From contig JALJEE010001426.1 in NCBI GenBank assembly GCA_023231475.1, forward strand, positions 1 through 64,000: a stretch of DNA of 64,000 nt, given 5' to 3'. Source of the DNA: Seison nebaliae (taxonomy: Eukaryota). Below, piece by piece: positions 38,262 to 51,634 of this stretch (the stretch's first letter is position 1; every line of letters begins with the position of its first letter). The notes below the pieces were generated by a model. It made no database searches, was not told where the DNA came from, and was given only the letters and a program-made list of their open reading frames with translations. Position numbers and translations under genes: made by a program.

Positions 38262-40528
38262 ATGTTTTCGGATTCGGACGTCGAATCAGATGATTCTCAT
38301 GCGAATACTAGTTAGTCTTATCTTGTTCTTGCTTTTGATGACAATGCCCAACATATTCTTGTATGATTCTCTTATACTAAAAGATTCTTTTAATTTAGTC
38401 GCCAGATTAATAGACGAATTAACTAGTGATTCGGACGCAGAATCCGATATCCAAATATTATATACCAACGATCGGAATACTACTAATATGTTCCGCAGTA
38501 CGGTGGGCGCAATGTTTCCATCAGAACCTATTGATATCGACGAATCGAAATTGACAAAGGAACAGAAAAATTTATTGATGATCATAAAATGTCCGATCTG
38601 TCTGAACTTCATGAAAAATTGTCAGATATTAAATTGTGGTCATAATTTATGTGTTGACTGTTTGAAGACAATGACGAATTCGGGAGCACCTCTTAGTTGT
38701 CCAATATGTCGAGTTCAATTCACTGTATATTCGGAAAAGCCACGAAACTTCATTGTTCAACAATTAAGTGAATTGAATTGGAAGAAATTATTCGAAGTTC
38801 TCCCATCAACTCCATCTCAATTACCAAGAAAATGTGTTACGATTAACGGAAATTTAAATTCAAACAACAACAACAATAATGGAATGGAGGAAGAAATGGA
38901 AGATAATCGATGTTTTTTCTGTAAGAAATCAGGAGAGAATAATCGTTGTACTCATTGTTCTTCTTATTATTGTATGGAATGTATGAAACATCATAGTGTA
39001 GTTATTACTTCCAAGTTATTGGAATTAAATTCATCATTAAGTTTCAAATTTTTTATAATAATAATATATTAAATAAAATTAATTTCCATTGATAGATAAA
39101 GAAACATTTAACACTGTCATCAAACAGTTGAGAGATAATTGGTTGGAATGGTTAAGTGATGTGAGAACACGTGTTGCTTCTCAATTTAATGAGAGATTGA
39201 TGGAATTTTGTGGGAAGATGGAATTCTTATTACCAGGAAAATTAGCGACATGTATCTACGAATCTTATGAGATTGTTGAAAAGAAATCGAAAGAAGTCAC
39301 TGAATATAAAGATGCAAGAATGATGTTCGACATTTTGGAACAAGTGAATAAGAATAATTTCGATTTCGAAGTGCTCCTCCCGAAGAATGTAAAGGATTTC
39401 GTTCTATTTTCAAAGAATAAAAATAAATTTAATGAAGAATTGGATAAAATCTTTTCTAAATTGTTCAACTTTTCCGAATGTACAATGGGAACTACATCGG
39501 AAGAAATTTCATCAACTGACGATTTCCAACGATTAACAAATTATCGAGTTTTAAAAATTGAAGTTTTGATTTTCTTTTGATTTTTCATAAATTAAACTTA
39601 CATCAATTTCAAGAACAGTAAAATGTTGCCAAAATTGGATGAATTTGAAATTCGAATTAACAATCAAGAATGTAAATTGGAATTCGATCATTTTGTCTTT
39701 GATCCACAACATTTATATGCCATATGTAAATGTTGTCATCGATTGAATAAATTTGAAGTTGTGTCGTCGAGTGAATTGAAACTGAGTAAATCATTGGAAT
39801 TAACAAGTGAGAATATACATCATGTAAGTAGTAAATATATGTTAATGTTGGAGGATGTTCGAATATTCAATTCTCTTCTCATTGGAATTATTGGGGAGAT
39901 GGAAAATATTTATATATATGATCGTAATTTGGATTTAGTTGATTGTATGAAACTTGAAATCCATTTCAAAAATGGAGAACCATGTGATATAAGAAGAACT
40001 GAAATAAAAGATGTTAATCTGATAAACGGAACACTTTTATGGGAATTATCTACAACAAATCACGATTTTTATATTCTCTCTACTTTATGTGGAGCGTGTT
40101 GTTGGGAAGTTGATATTCATCGACTCATCGAACATGAAGAACATGTGTTAGCACAACCAATAATTAATGAAATGAATGAATTGGTCGTTTTCGTCAACAA
40201 TGAGAGTTGTGCTGCATATATTATAAAAGTGTTTAAAAGGAATTCCGAAAATCAAATCGAATTGAAGACATCAGTCAAATCAGGAAATACGGAAGGAACA
40301 TTCGATCCTATCGAACTACTTTCTCTTTGTCGAAATATGGAATTCCATCAATTTTGTGCTGATGGAAAGATTTTGTTGCAGGATAATAAATCACGCTATT
40401 TGACTTACAACATCGAGTTTGACTCGATACAATTCTTTAATGAGAAAACTCAAATTTCCATATCTTCCTCATGTTATTTGGTGAAAAGTAATTGTCATTT
40501 CAAGTTGCAAACAAATCTTTGTTTATAA
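38262..40528 (+). CDS. RING (C3HC4) plus B-box-like TRIM-type protein with helical linker and beta-rich C-terminus, ~4 exons
   Basis: CPIC...CGHNLCVDC...CPIC; CFFC...CTHC...CMECMKHH; GTT..AG introns join the ORFs. Confidence 0.75.
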
Positions 40529-40872
40529 ATAAAATTTCTTTTATTCTTTTCATTGATTTTTTTTTTGCAACAACTTTTACATGAGCAAAAGATTAATCAT
40601 GTTTCTTAACGATAACATTTACTACATAAATAATCAATAATTATTCTCTATTCCTTCTGGAAATAAATTGAACCGTCAAATGTTGAATTTTCCTTTTTTC
40701 GAATACGAATAATAAATTAAATGAACGGAAAGACATTGAAAGAAAATAAAGTTTTCTAATGAAACTTTTTGCATAATAAACTTACTCTTGAATTTTTGGA
40801 CTTTGTCATGTTATTTGGAGTTGCTTGTTAAAATGAAATTATAAAACTGCCATTAAACATATTTGATTTGAT

Positions 40873-42129
40873 ATGATGCAACTTAAATACTGTTTTCTAC
40901 TTCTTTTAGTCCTCCAAGAGATTTATGGTTTACTAATTTCTTTTATCTTAAAATTCATTCGATTGTAAATTCATAGGACTTTGTCATTGGTTTCGACCTT
41001 GTAAAAATGGAGGAAAATGTAAAATTTTTCTCAGTTGTGAATGTCTACCAGGATTCACTGGTGAACGATGTGAAACTGTTCTAAAACCAGTTAAGACGAC
41101 GAAAAAACCATCAGTCAAATTAGGAAATTGTGGACAACAGAAAATAAAAAATCGAGCTACTATCGGTTAATTTTATAAAAAGATTAAATATTTTTTATTT
41201 ATAATTCTATTAATTTAATCTATTAATAATAACATAGGAAGAATTGTAGGTGGTAATGAAGCTCGAGCACATTCGTGGCCATGGCAAGCATGGATCAAAG
41301 GACAAGTGAGTAGTTACAGTTATTATCAATGTGGTGGAAGTTTAATAAATAAATATTGGATCGTCACTGCTGCTCATTGTTTTGGGTTCGTCAATCTTTT
41401 TTTTTCTTCTTTTCATCATTCTGTTAGAGCTAAGATTCCTTTACGTCGTTATTCGGTAACATTGGGAGTACATGATAAATCGAAGTCAACAGAACAATAT
41501 CGTCAATCGTTTAAGATCGACAAATTAATTATTCATGATGATTATAATAATAAGAAACCGACATCACCAGACAAACATAATCATGATATTGCTCTCATCA
41601 AATTAGATCATCCTGCGAAAATGACGGAAGGTGTCAATACAGTTTGTTTACCAGTTAACGAAGATGTATCAGCAGGAAAACCGGTTATTGCAACTGGATG
41701 GGGAAGGACAATGGGAACATCACGTTCGGGAGATGAAGGCAAATTACAACAAGTAACAATTCGAACAAAATCATCTGATGAATGTCTATTAAGTATTACG
41801 AAAAATATGATTTGTGCAGGGGAGCCAAGTAGATTTTCTTTTCTCTACCATTTTATCTACTTTCTTCATTAGAAACATTCAATCAGGAAGCTAAAGATGC
41901 ATGTCAAGGTGATTCGGGTGGTCCATTGGTCAGAAGAACAAGTTGAATTTTCTGTTTCCTAATCGACAACTAATATGTGACAACTATTCGAATAGGTTCC
42001 AAAAATCCTTGGCATTTGGCGGGTATAGTTTCATGGGGAACGTCAACATGTGATGGTAATGGTGTATATGTTCGAGTACATAATTATATTGATTGGATTG
42101 AGAAAGAAACGAAATTAAGATTTTCATAA
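40873..42129 (+). CDS. Secreted trypsin-like serine protease with N-terminal EGF-like domain, multi-exon
   Basis: Signal peptide, CKNGGKC...CECLPGFTGERC, RIVGG, TAAHC, DIAL, DACQGDSGGP. Confidence 0.92.
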
Positions 42130-42315
42130 AGAAAAAAATTTTTAAAAAGAAAAAAATTTTTGAAAAAAAATAATTTTTATTGTGAACATAAATAACATAC
42201 ATAAGTGATGATGATTATAAATTTTTCAAGATCTTCATATTTAAAGATGATGATTTTGAATTGAATGAATAAAATGAAATTGTTAAAAATAAATAAGATC
42301 TTCTTTCAATAATCA

Positions 42316-45300
42316 TTATTGTGAATGTTCACTGATGCTACTGCCAATTGTACCGACAGTACTAGTGACATCATTAATATTCAATATGATATTGTCATCA
42401 ATATTTATATTTCCTCGACGAACGGCATCAATATATTGATTATTTCTAGATCTAACAAATCGATTACGATTATTTGTATCAGCTCTCGGTTTCTTCAATA
42501 ATTCTTTTCTCAATTTCTGTTGTCTTTGATTATTGTTGGCTTTATGTCGATAACGTTCATCACAAGGCGATTCGAAATGGACACAATGGAAGACTTCATC
42601 GAATGTTGAATGAACACCAACTAATTTTATATACATAACTTTTCTTGGAGGAAATTCGATAATTTGCCAAGAAGAACATCGTTCACTTCGTCGATCGGCA
42701 ACGATTGTCCATTTATCAGTGATGGGATCGAGTGATGTCTGAACATAATATGAGTATGAACGTTCATCACAATCCCATAAAAGGAATCTCATAGATGATA
42801 AAACATATGGTTGTGCCAATCGAATACTAATACATCCATTATGTATCTGATGACAAGTGTAACCATATTCCCAATCATAATTGGAGAAATCGTCATCAAT
42901 TAATGAATCACCAGAACGTGAAACACCTTCCGTAATAGATGCAGAGAATTCGATAGATGCAACATTTCTTTTTGGTATAATCAATCCAGATTGTTCATCA
43001 ATCGGCCAAATATCTGGAATATAATAAACGGCAAAATTAACGATTTCTAAAGCATTTCCTCCTGAACTATGTGTTCCAACTATTCGAATATATTGAGCGA
43101 CAACTTCTTCAAAAATTAAACATTGTTTCGATCGACAAAGATATTGTGTATGATCAATAATTTTCTTCCATTTCCCATTTAATTTCGAATCACAATCAAA
43201 TGCAACTTCGATATAATAACTAAAGAGACGATTCTCAACATTCCACAAACAGAGAAACATATGATTGATGAGACATGGAGCTGCCAATTTCAAGATGATA
43301 CTCGAATGTCCATCAATTGGATGACGGACAACATGAAAATCAGGATGGATCATATATCCTGATCCGAATTGTGTTGACATCGGATTCGGATTCGTTAATA
43401 GATGATCATTCGGAGAGAATGTAGGTAATGGACATGTCGTTTGTGTATTGGAGAAATCTAAAGTTGAACATAAATTAAATCGTTTCATATTCTCATTATC
43501 ATCCGCTTCAATAACATCATCATCAATATTATCAATATCGTCGAAATATCGAGATTTCTGATTAATTGATACGATGTCCAATTTCTCTCCTTTGAAATTA
43601 TTCAACATGTCCAATTGGAATGTATGTCGATCCTTCAATTGGTTGACCCAGGATGGCCAAATAGCTGGACATTTTTCTTCTTCTAAAATTAAATCCGTTT
43701 CATCTAAATTCTGATTATCGTTCTCGGAAGTTTCTGATGGTTTCATAACGGTGTCATCACCACCAGAACAATCAGATTGTTGAGAAGATTTATGGTCTGG
43801 AACTGGAACAAAATATTTAATAGAATTGCCCAATGCGTATTGTTCAATATATTTTTTCAATTCTTCAGCATTAATCGATTGAATGTCATCATCATCTGAT
43901 GTCAAATTGGAATCAGTATCTTCATCTGACTTATTTTCTGATGTTAATGTCGCTGTCTGATGATGAGAACGACTCGAATTAAAATTTACAGTAATATTAT
44001 TATTATTATTATTAATATTATTATTATTTGGATTGTTAGTCATTCCACTGACATTGCTATTAGTGGATGTGATTGAAGGATATCGATAGTAATTTGTTGG
44101 TCTCAACGAATTATTTCTTCGTCGTAATGATGAAGTTGATGATTGTCGAGAATTCATCAAATTATTCATATTATTATTCCCATTCATTACTTCAAGATCA
44201 ACTGAGTGTATGACTTGTTGATTTCGATTATCGGCACTTCCCACACTTTCCTCGTCATCCAATTGACTAATGGCTGGTACGTTTGAAAGATTGGAACGAT
44301 CAGTTTGTTGTTGTCTATGAGATGGTTGTCGTCTACGAGTTGAAGTTTTCGTAGAAATATCATCTTTTTTCTTAAAATTGGAGAAGATGATACTTCGGAA
44401 ACAAATGGAATTATCTTCATTCTTCATCGATTCTTCGAGTGGTGGCAAACGTCGTAACCAGGAATATGCCGTTTCTCCTTTTAGTAATAGTGCATTGAGA
44501 TCTCGATGACACAAATTTATACGATTAACTTTTATTGCTCGTTTATTGATCTCATTATCGCTCTCTATTCCATAATTATTATCGTTAGTTTCCGTATTTG
44601 ATGATTTCTGTTCAAGAAGTTTCAAATTCTCATTTATCTGTTTCTTATTATTTCCATTATTATTATTCTCTTCTGTCACACTTTGAAAAAATTGATTTGT
44701 AAAATTAGAGATTCGTTGTTGTAAAGATGTCGGTGTTGTTGTTGTTGTTCCATTACCACTATTTCCTCCTGTTATTGTTGTTGATGGAATGTAAGTATTA
44801 GCATAATTTTGTTTAATTAGATTTAATAAATATTCTGCAGATAAAAGTGACGATGAATGAATATCATTGAGTAGATCATCCATTTTCATCAAATGATATC
44901 GAACACATGATAATAATTTCTTATTCGATGATGCTCCATTGATAGTGTGCCAATTGTAAACGGTCTTGAATAGATCGATTTCTTTCAAACATAAAGTATT
45001 TCTTTGTAAAATATCACAGAATGCATCAGATGATATCTGATAGAATGAATGATCCATAAAAATTTCTGTGGCATTATACTCGATATGTCTCGCTGCCATT
45101 TCCATCAAACGATCCAATTGATAGAGACGTGCCATCTCATAAATGTGGACAGCATTCGAATGATGTAAAAGATGTTCCATGAATTGAGATAATGCGTCTT
45201 CCAATTCACCAAATCCATATTCATGAACGACGGCCAATAATTCCAATAATTCTCTTTCACTCTCATTCATGAAATTGATTGTTCCCGTATAAATATATTG

Positions 45301-45711
45301 AATTATCCTCTCGAACGTTCTTTTCTTCATACATTTCAATTCGATGATTTTCATCGATGCCTCTTTCATTCCATCATAGAATAATGCTCGAAAATATTCC
45401 GATCTTGCCGCTAAAATGATTCGATGAAGAAAAAATTCTTGACCTTCAATCCGAATTATCACATCATGATGATCAATGAAACATTGATTAGTTAATAATC
45501 GCCCGAAATCTTCAATGAATGATCTGGAATGATCGATTGCATATTCATAATTTTTTTTATGATTCATAACTCGTAATGAATCAGAACAATTCTGATGACC
45601 ATTCCGACCAAAGGGATAATGACGATTCGAATTTCCCTCCTCGTTCATTTTCTCCCTCTTTGTCTCTCTCTCTCTCTCTCTCTCTCTGTCTTCCGATATG
45701 TTCTCTTGCAA
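42316..45711 (-). CDS. BTBD9: BTB/POZ domain-containing protein 9 (BTB-BACK plus two F5/8-like domains), intronless, with a long low-complexity insertion
   Basis: HRIILAARSEYFRAL, IDHTQYLCRSKQ, EGVSRS, YDWEYGYTCHQI, LWDCDERSYSYY, VFHCVHFE. Confidence 0.92.
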   Translation of the reverse strand: MQENISEDRERERERETKREKMNEEGNSNRHYPFGRNGHQNCSDSLRVMNHKKNYEYAIDHSRSFIEDFGRLLTNQCFIDHHDVIIRIEGQEFFLHRIILAARSEYFRALFYDGMKEASMKIIELKCMKKRTFERIIQYIYTGTINFMNESERELLELLAVVHEYGFGELEDALSQFMEHLLHHSNAVHIYEMARLYQLDRLMEMAARHIEYNATEIFMDHSFYQISSDAFCDILQRNTLCLKEIDLFKTVYNWHTINGASSNKKLLSCVRYHLMKMDDLLNDIHSSSLLSAEYLLNLIKQNYANTYIPSTTITGGNSGNGTTTTTPTSLQQRISNFTNQFFQSVTEENNNNGNNKKQINENLKLLEQKSSNTETNDNNYGIESDNEINKRAIKVNRINLCHRDLNALLLKGETAYSWLRRLPPLEESMKNEDNSICFRSIIFSNFKKKDDISTKTSTRRRQPSHRQQQTDRSNLSNVPAISQLDDEESVGSADNRNQQVIHSVDLEVMNGNNNMNNLMNSRQSSTSSLRRRNNSLRPTNYYRYPSITSTNSNVSGMTNNPNNNNINNNNNNITVNFNSSRSHHQTATLTSENKSDEDTDSNLTSDDDDIQSINAEELKKYIEQYALGNSIKYFVPVPDHKSSQQSDCSGGDDTVMKPSETSENDNQNLDETDLILEEEKCPAIWPSWVNQLKDRHTFQLDMLNNFKGEKLDIVSINQKSRYFDDIDNIDDDVIEADDNENMKRFNLCSTLDFSNTQTTCPLPTFSPNDHLLTNPNPMSTQFGSGYMIHPDFHVVRHPIDGHSSIILKLAAPCLINHMFLCLWNVENRLFSYYIEVAFDCDSKLNGKWKKIIDHTQYLCRSKQCLIFEEVVAQYIRIVGTHSSGGNALEIVNFAVYYIPDIWPIDEQSGLIIPKRNVASIEFSASITEGVSRSGDSLIDDDFSNYDWEYGYTCHQIHNGCISIRLAQPYVLSSMRFLLWDCDERSYSYYVQTSLDPITDKWTIVADRRSERCSSWQIIEFPPRKVMYIKLVGVHSTFDEVFHCVHFESPCDERYRHKANNNQRQQKLRKELLKKPRADTNNRNRFVRSRNNQYIDAVRRGNINIDDNIILNINDVTSTVGTIGSSISEHSQ
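45662..45688. repeat. (CT)n microsatellite within the BTBD9 5' end, encoding ERERE
   Basis: gtctctctctctctctctctctctctg. Confidence 0.7.
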
Positions 45712-46782
45712 TCTGCTTCGAATTTACAGACTAATGGATTTGAAAAAAATTATGATTGTTGTTCTTTTTTGACCGGAGAATTATGAAATGTAAAAATTGA
45801 AAGAATAATTAGTTGAAGCTTACAAGTTCAATCGTCAAACATTTGACATATCGATTTTATAACTAATTAATCCTCCTTTCACTACTGTATAAAGCATGTA
45901 AAATATTAATTTTTTTTCTCATTCCAAAGTTCAAAAATTTATTGTATTTCTCCATCGCACAGAGATGAATTTGCAGAATTCATATTTTTGTATTTCCAAT
46001 GTCATTTTTTTTACATTTTTTAATATCAGTATGGTTCGATCCTTTTTCCTTCTTTCAGTTCATTTCTCCTATTTACAAATTCATTCATTCCTTCAAACTC
46101 TTAAGGAAAGTAAATAGACAATTTTCTTTTTCAATCAAATACAGTTCCGACGTATCTTTTAAGGATTTTCCTCTTTGCCATCTGTACCAAATGAGTGAGT
46201 AAGATATTATCGAATTCAATTCCTTATCATTACTCATTCATTTCCTCTCCAACAAAAACATTTCGAAATTCTTCAAAACTTTCTCTTATATAAACAACAT
46301 ATCATTTTGTTTTTGTATAATGAGAAAAATAAATTAATTTTTTTTCAAAGTGTTTTCATTCAATTCATAAGAAATGATTTTAGAGTTAATTGTGTGATGT
46401 GTTGTTCAAAGATGTATGAAAGAAGAATTGAAAGAAGAAATGTTTAGTTAGATCTCAACAGTCTATGGTTCGAGAGAATAAACGTTGAAATATTATAATG
46501 ATAATGTGATCTATATTCATGTCTCGAAGAATATTCATAAAATAAACAAGTTTGAATGATATTAAGTTACTAATGTTTGAATAATGTTGTTTTTGGAAGT
46601 TATTAATGTTGGAGAATAAATGTCAATTACAACAGATTTATTTTATGACTTCTAAAATAATTTTATTTAAATTTCTACTAGAAAGAATATCATCATTTCT
46701 TATTCATCCGATTGAGGACAAGTTATGATAAATATTTTACTAAATGTATTAATATTTCTAATGATTGTTTGAATGATGAATG

Positions 46783-49700
46783 TTATGATTTGTTAATTAA
46801 TTGACGAATAACATAGTTCAAGATACCTCCATTCTTGAAATATTCGATTTCCGGTTGCGTATCTAATCGAAGTATTCCATTGAATTTCTTTCCATTAGCT
46901 ACGATTTCAATTGATTGTCGTGCCTTCAATTCTTTCGGAAGACGAATAGTAAATTTTGCTTCTTTCTCAATTCCAAGTGATTCTAATGAATCATCTTCAT
47001 TGAATTGCAATGGAATGATTCCCATACCGACTAAATTGGATCGATGAATTCTTTCATAACTACTCGCAATCACTGCTTTCACTCCCTATCAAATCAAATT
47101 CATTAGAAATGGTAATGAAAATGTCTCATTTTATCATTTATGGCACATAACGGTTTGCTTTGCTTAAATTCATCTGTCATCAATGAACAGAATTATCCAT
47201 TAAAATTATGGAATTGAATAAGCAAACACGTTACTGTGTCATGATTGATATAATGTTACTAACCAGCATCCATGGACCTTTAGCAGCCCAATCACGTGAT
47301 GAACCGGAACCATATTCCTTCCCAGCTACAATAATTATTGGAACATTCTCATTCTTGTATTGTTGTGCGATTTCAAAAACGTTATCGATACGATTTGATG
47401 GAATATGTCGTGATAATGGTCCTGATTGTTCAACTAATAAATTCTTTAATCGAATATTTGCGAATGTTCCACGTTCCATCAATTCATGATTTCCTCGACG
47501 ACTACCATAAGAATTGAATTGTGTTGGAGCTACTTTATTCTCTTTCAAATAAGAGGCAGCTGCCGAATGTGTTGAAATGACACCAGCTGGAGAAATGTGA
47601 TCGGTCGTGACGGAATTACCAACAACAAGAAGACATTGTGCATCGATAATATCTTTCATCGAATCCACATGAGAATTCATCGTTTGGAAGAAAGGTGGAT
47701 GTCGAATATAAGTGGAATCATTATTCCATGGATACATAATACTGTCTGGAACATCTAATTCATTCCATCGTTTATTTCCTTCCTTAATTGTCTCATATAC
47801 TTTTCGGAATAATTCGGGAACAATATTTTTATTGATTACTTCTTGAATTTCCGATTTTGTGGGCCAAATGTCTCTCAAATAAATATCTTTATTTTCAGTC
47901 GATTTTCCGATCGGCTCCTTTTCGAAATCAATCGTTACACGTCCACTCAACGCGTATGCGACAACAAGTGGTGGAGAAGCAAGATAATTTGCTAAAGTTA
48001 ATGGATGAATTCTTCCTTCGAAATTTCGATTTCCACTAAGAACGCCCGACACTACTAATTCATTATCTTTTATTATTTTCTCGACTGAATCATGTAATTT
48101 TCCTGAATTGCCAATACATGTCATACAACCATAACCGACAACATTAAATCCTAATTGTTCCAAATATGATAAAACATCAGCATTCTTCAAATATTCCGAT
48201 ACAACACCAGAACCAGGAGATAATGAAGTTTTGATATAAGGAGCAACATTCAATCCGAGTTGAACAGCTTTCTTTGCCAATAATCCTGCAGCTAACATCA
48301 CTGATGGATTCGATGTATTCGTACACGAAGTAATTGCAGCGATTACTACACTTCCATGTGATAATTCATAATCTTTTCCATCGCAATATTGGAATTTTAC
48401 CGATCCAACATTCAATCGTTCTGATGTTAAACCGAATCCTTGAAAACCAATTGGATTACTCAATTGTTTTTGAAATGTGCTTGCCATTTCATCAACCGAA
48501 ATACGATCATGTGGTCGTTTAGGACCACTGCATGATGGGACAACATTCGATAAATCTAATTCGATGACTGTTGAATAATCTGGTACAACAGCTCCTTCCA
48601 CATTCGCCAACAGTTGAGTTTTCTTTAAATAATTTTCTATTATTTCGATTTTGTCTTTGCTCCTTCCCGTATTCTCTAAATATTTAAGAGTTTGGAAATC
48701 GGGTGGAAAATATGCAGTCGTAGCACCAAATTCAGGACACATATTTGAAATAGTCGACCGATCAGCAACCGATAATGTTTTTGCTCCTTCGCCAAAAAAT
48801 TCAATGAATTTACCCACAACTCCAATATCTCGTAATTGTTTCGTTATGGTGAGAACGACATCTGTATTAGTGACTGTCTGTTTAGTCTCTCCAAATAATC
48901 GGAAACCGACAACTTGGGGTAAAACCATTGAGATATTTTGACCTAACATTACAGATTCAGCTTCTATTCCACCAACACCCCATCCTACAACACCTAATCC
49001 ATTGATCATGGTGGTATGAGAATCAGTTCCAACAACCGAATCTGGATAAAGAATTCCATCCTCTCCTTCGTTGAAAACTACTCTTGCTAAATACTCTAAA
49101 TTCACTTGATGAACGATTCCACTTCCTGGTGGTATGATTTGAAAATTCTTTAAAGATTTCGCTCCCCACTAAACAATGAATGAGATTGAACTTGATAAGA
49201 AATTTATGAGAAAAAACTTTCAGAAACACAAATCTTTCTAAATTTCTCTGGAATTCGATTTCTTCATTACGTTCCAATGCATCGGCACTACAAACATAAA
49301 ACAGAATTATGAATAACTTATTAAAATTAGGAAATAGGAACATAAATGAAAAAAAATGGAAATAAAGAAGAAAAGATGGAGAGGAGTAGATAAGATTTTG
49401 GAGGGTCAGGAAAATGTGGAATGAATGGAAACCAGATGGTGCGAGATGAGTGAATTGGACATTTGGAATAAATGAAATGGAGATTGGTAAGAGATTGAGC
49501 AATTTGATTATCATTTTCTTTAGATTTCGGTCTCATTGAATTTAATTCATTTTTATTATAGAGTTGTTTCTCTTTTATTTTCGAATATTTCTCATAAACT
49601 TTATAATTGTATCGTTCTTTTATCGATTGAATGGATGATGATGTATCTTTTTCATTTAATTTATTTTCTTCCAAAACAGTTTGATGAGTATTAATTGAAG

Positions 49701-50495
49701 AAATTGTTGTTTTGATTGATGAAGAGGAATATGTTTTCATTTCATGAATTGGATTCATTCCATTCATATAATTTTTATGAGATGAGACTTCTGAATGAAT
49801 TTGAGATTGTGAATGATGAATTTCTTTAAAAATCATTTGAATCTTCTCCTTCGTCTCCGTTTGGAAACGTTTAGATTTCGCTAATCTTCAAAATAGAAAT
49901 AGGAGTAAGTGAATGTCATGAAGATAGAAATCATCTACAACAAATTATCAACTACACTCTCCATCCGTTTCGATTGGAAAAATTATTGGTAAATTTGAAA
50001 AATGGGAAAAAAGAGAAAAATTATTTCGTTTTAATAACCTTCTAGCAACATCGACTTGAATTGAATGATCAACTACTAAATCGACGGGACAATGTGGATT
50101 GATATTTTTCGGATCACCATTCAATCGATGAACAGCGTTACGCATAGCCGCAAAATCAACAACAGCTGGTACTCCAGTAAAATCCTGAAGTATAACTCGA
50201 GCTGGTTTGAATGGAACTTCCATAATTTTCCCATCGGCCGTATTCTTCTTCCAATCGAGAATGTTATGTACATCTGATTCATGGAAGCTAAAACCATCAT
50301 AATTCCTTACCGCTGATTCCAGAAGAATACGAATACAATAAGGTAATTTTACTAATAAATGAGAATTAGAAGGAAAAATTTGGATAATCGATAGAAATCC
50401 GAACAATACCGATCATCATCACTTAATTTGGATAGATTATAATACGAATATTCTTTGTCGTTGTACACGAAATTCTCCAAATATTTCTTAAACAT
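46783..50495 (-). CDS. ACO1: Cytosolic aconitase / iron regulatory protein, multi-exon, with a putative cassette exon at 49885-49433
   Basis: [74 protein letters not shown]; all three Fe-S cysteines present. Confidence 0.95.
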
Positions 50496-51634
50496 TTCAC
50501 CAACCTCCTAACAAGATAAATTTAACACTGTAATAAAATGAAGAGAAAGAAATAGAATAGAATTGGCAACAGAAAATGAAGTGAGAATATCGAACGACAT
50601 ATAAAAGTGACAAGGTACTACCAAGCCCTAACTTCTACGTATGTCACATATACACATTCTACATGCCAACATTGACGTGTGGAGAGAAATTCTTAATTTT
50701 CCTTACAAATAATTCCTAGAAATTAGATGAAATGATATCAATTCAATAAATTCTTCGAATAATAAAAAATATTTATTCACTTCTCTAACAATCCAACAAT
50801 TACATGTACAATCACAAATAAATAGCCTATAGATGTCTTGTGAGTGGAAGAACGTGTTTGGCAGCAGAATAATATAATCTGCCCTAAATAAAATATTTCC
50901 AATTTGATTACCTAACGAATTGGATAATGTCCAAAATGCAATGACAAAATAAATTTATTTCTCATGCATTAAAATAACGATCAATTAATTTCTTTTCGAT
51001 TCCTCTAATTTGCTTTACGAAAAAGAAAACTGTTCGACCATCATCGAAAACAACAATTTATGAACAGACAAAAACATGAAATTAATTTCTCTTTTCTTTT
51101 TCTTACAATCAATCTGTTATTATTGAGGAATAAAGGATGTGACGATTAAGATATGTTGTATACGTCGTCTCTTATGTTTCTCATTCGATACAAATGATTT
51201 TTATAGATGATGTTTTTTCTCAAAAATGCACTAATATGGAATGACTAATGATATACTTGACTTGTTCGAAATAAATATATTCAGATATATTAATTTTTCT
51301 GTTAATTTCTATTTTGTTTGAAGGAGAATTGAATGCATAATTGCTAATCATACATCTTGTACTTCTCATATGAAGACTTTTGTTAATAGGAAAATATTTT
51401 TAAGAATATTCTTCTTTCTTTCTGTTTTCCCAATCCCAACAGTTTCGTCTTGGGAAAACTTATGTTGTAGTTTGATGGATTATTCGATTAGTTTCATAAA
51501 TTATTCTTATTCATTATCCTTTAATAATATTAATGAAATGATCTGTTGTCAAAAGAAAAGAAAGAAGAATAATATTTAATAATTTTTATTTCGTATAAAA
51601 ATGAATGATGACATATAATTCATATAATTGCCAT

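Noticed and set aside
50518..50540. IRE-like CAGTGT upstream of ACO1 (minus strand)
   Set aside because: Only 3 bp pair, no bulged C, and it probably lies in a 5' UTR intron
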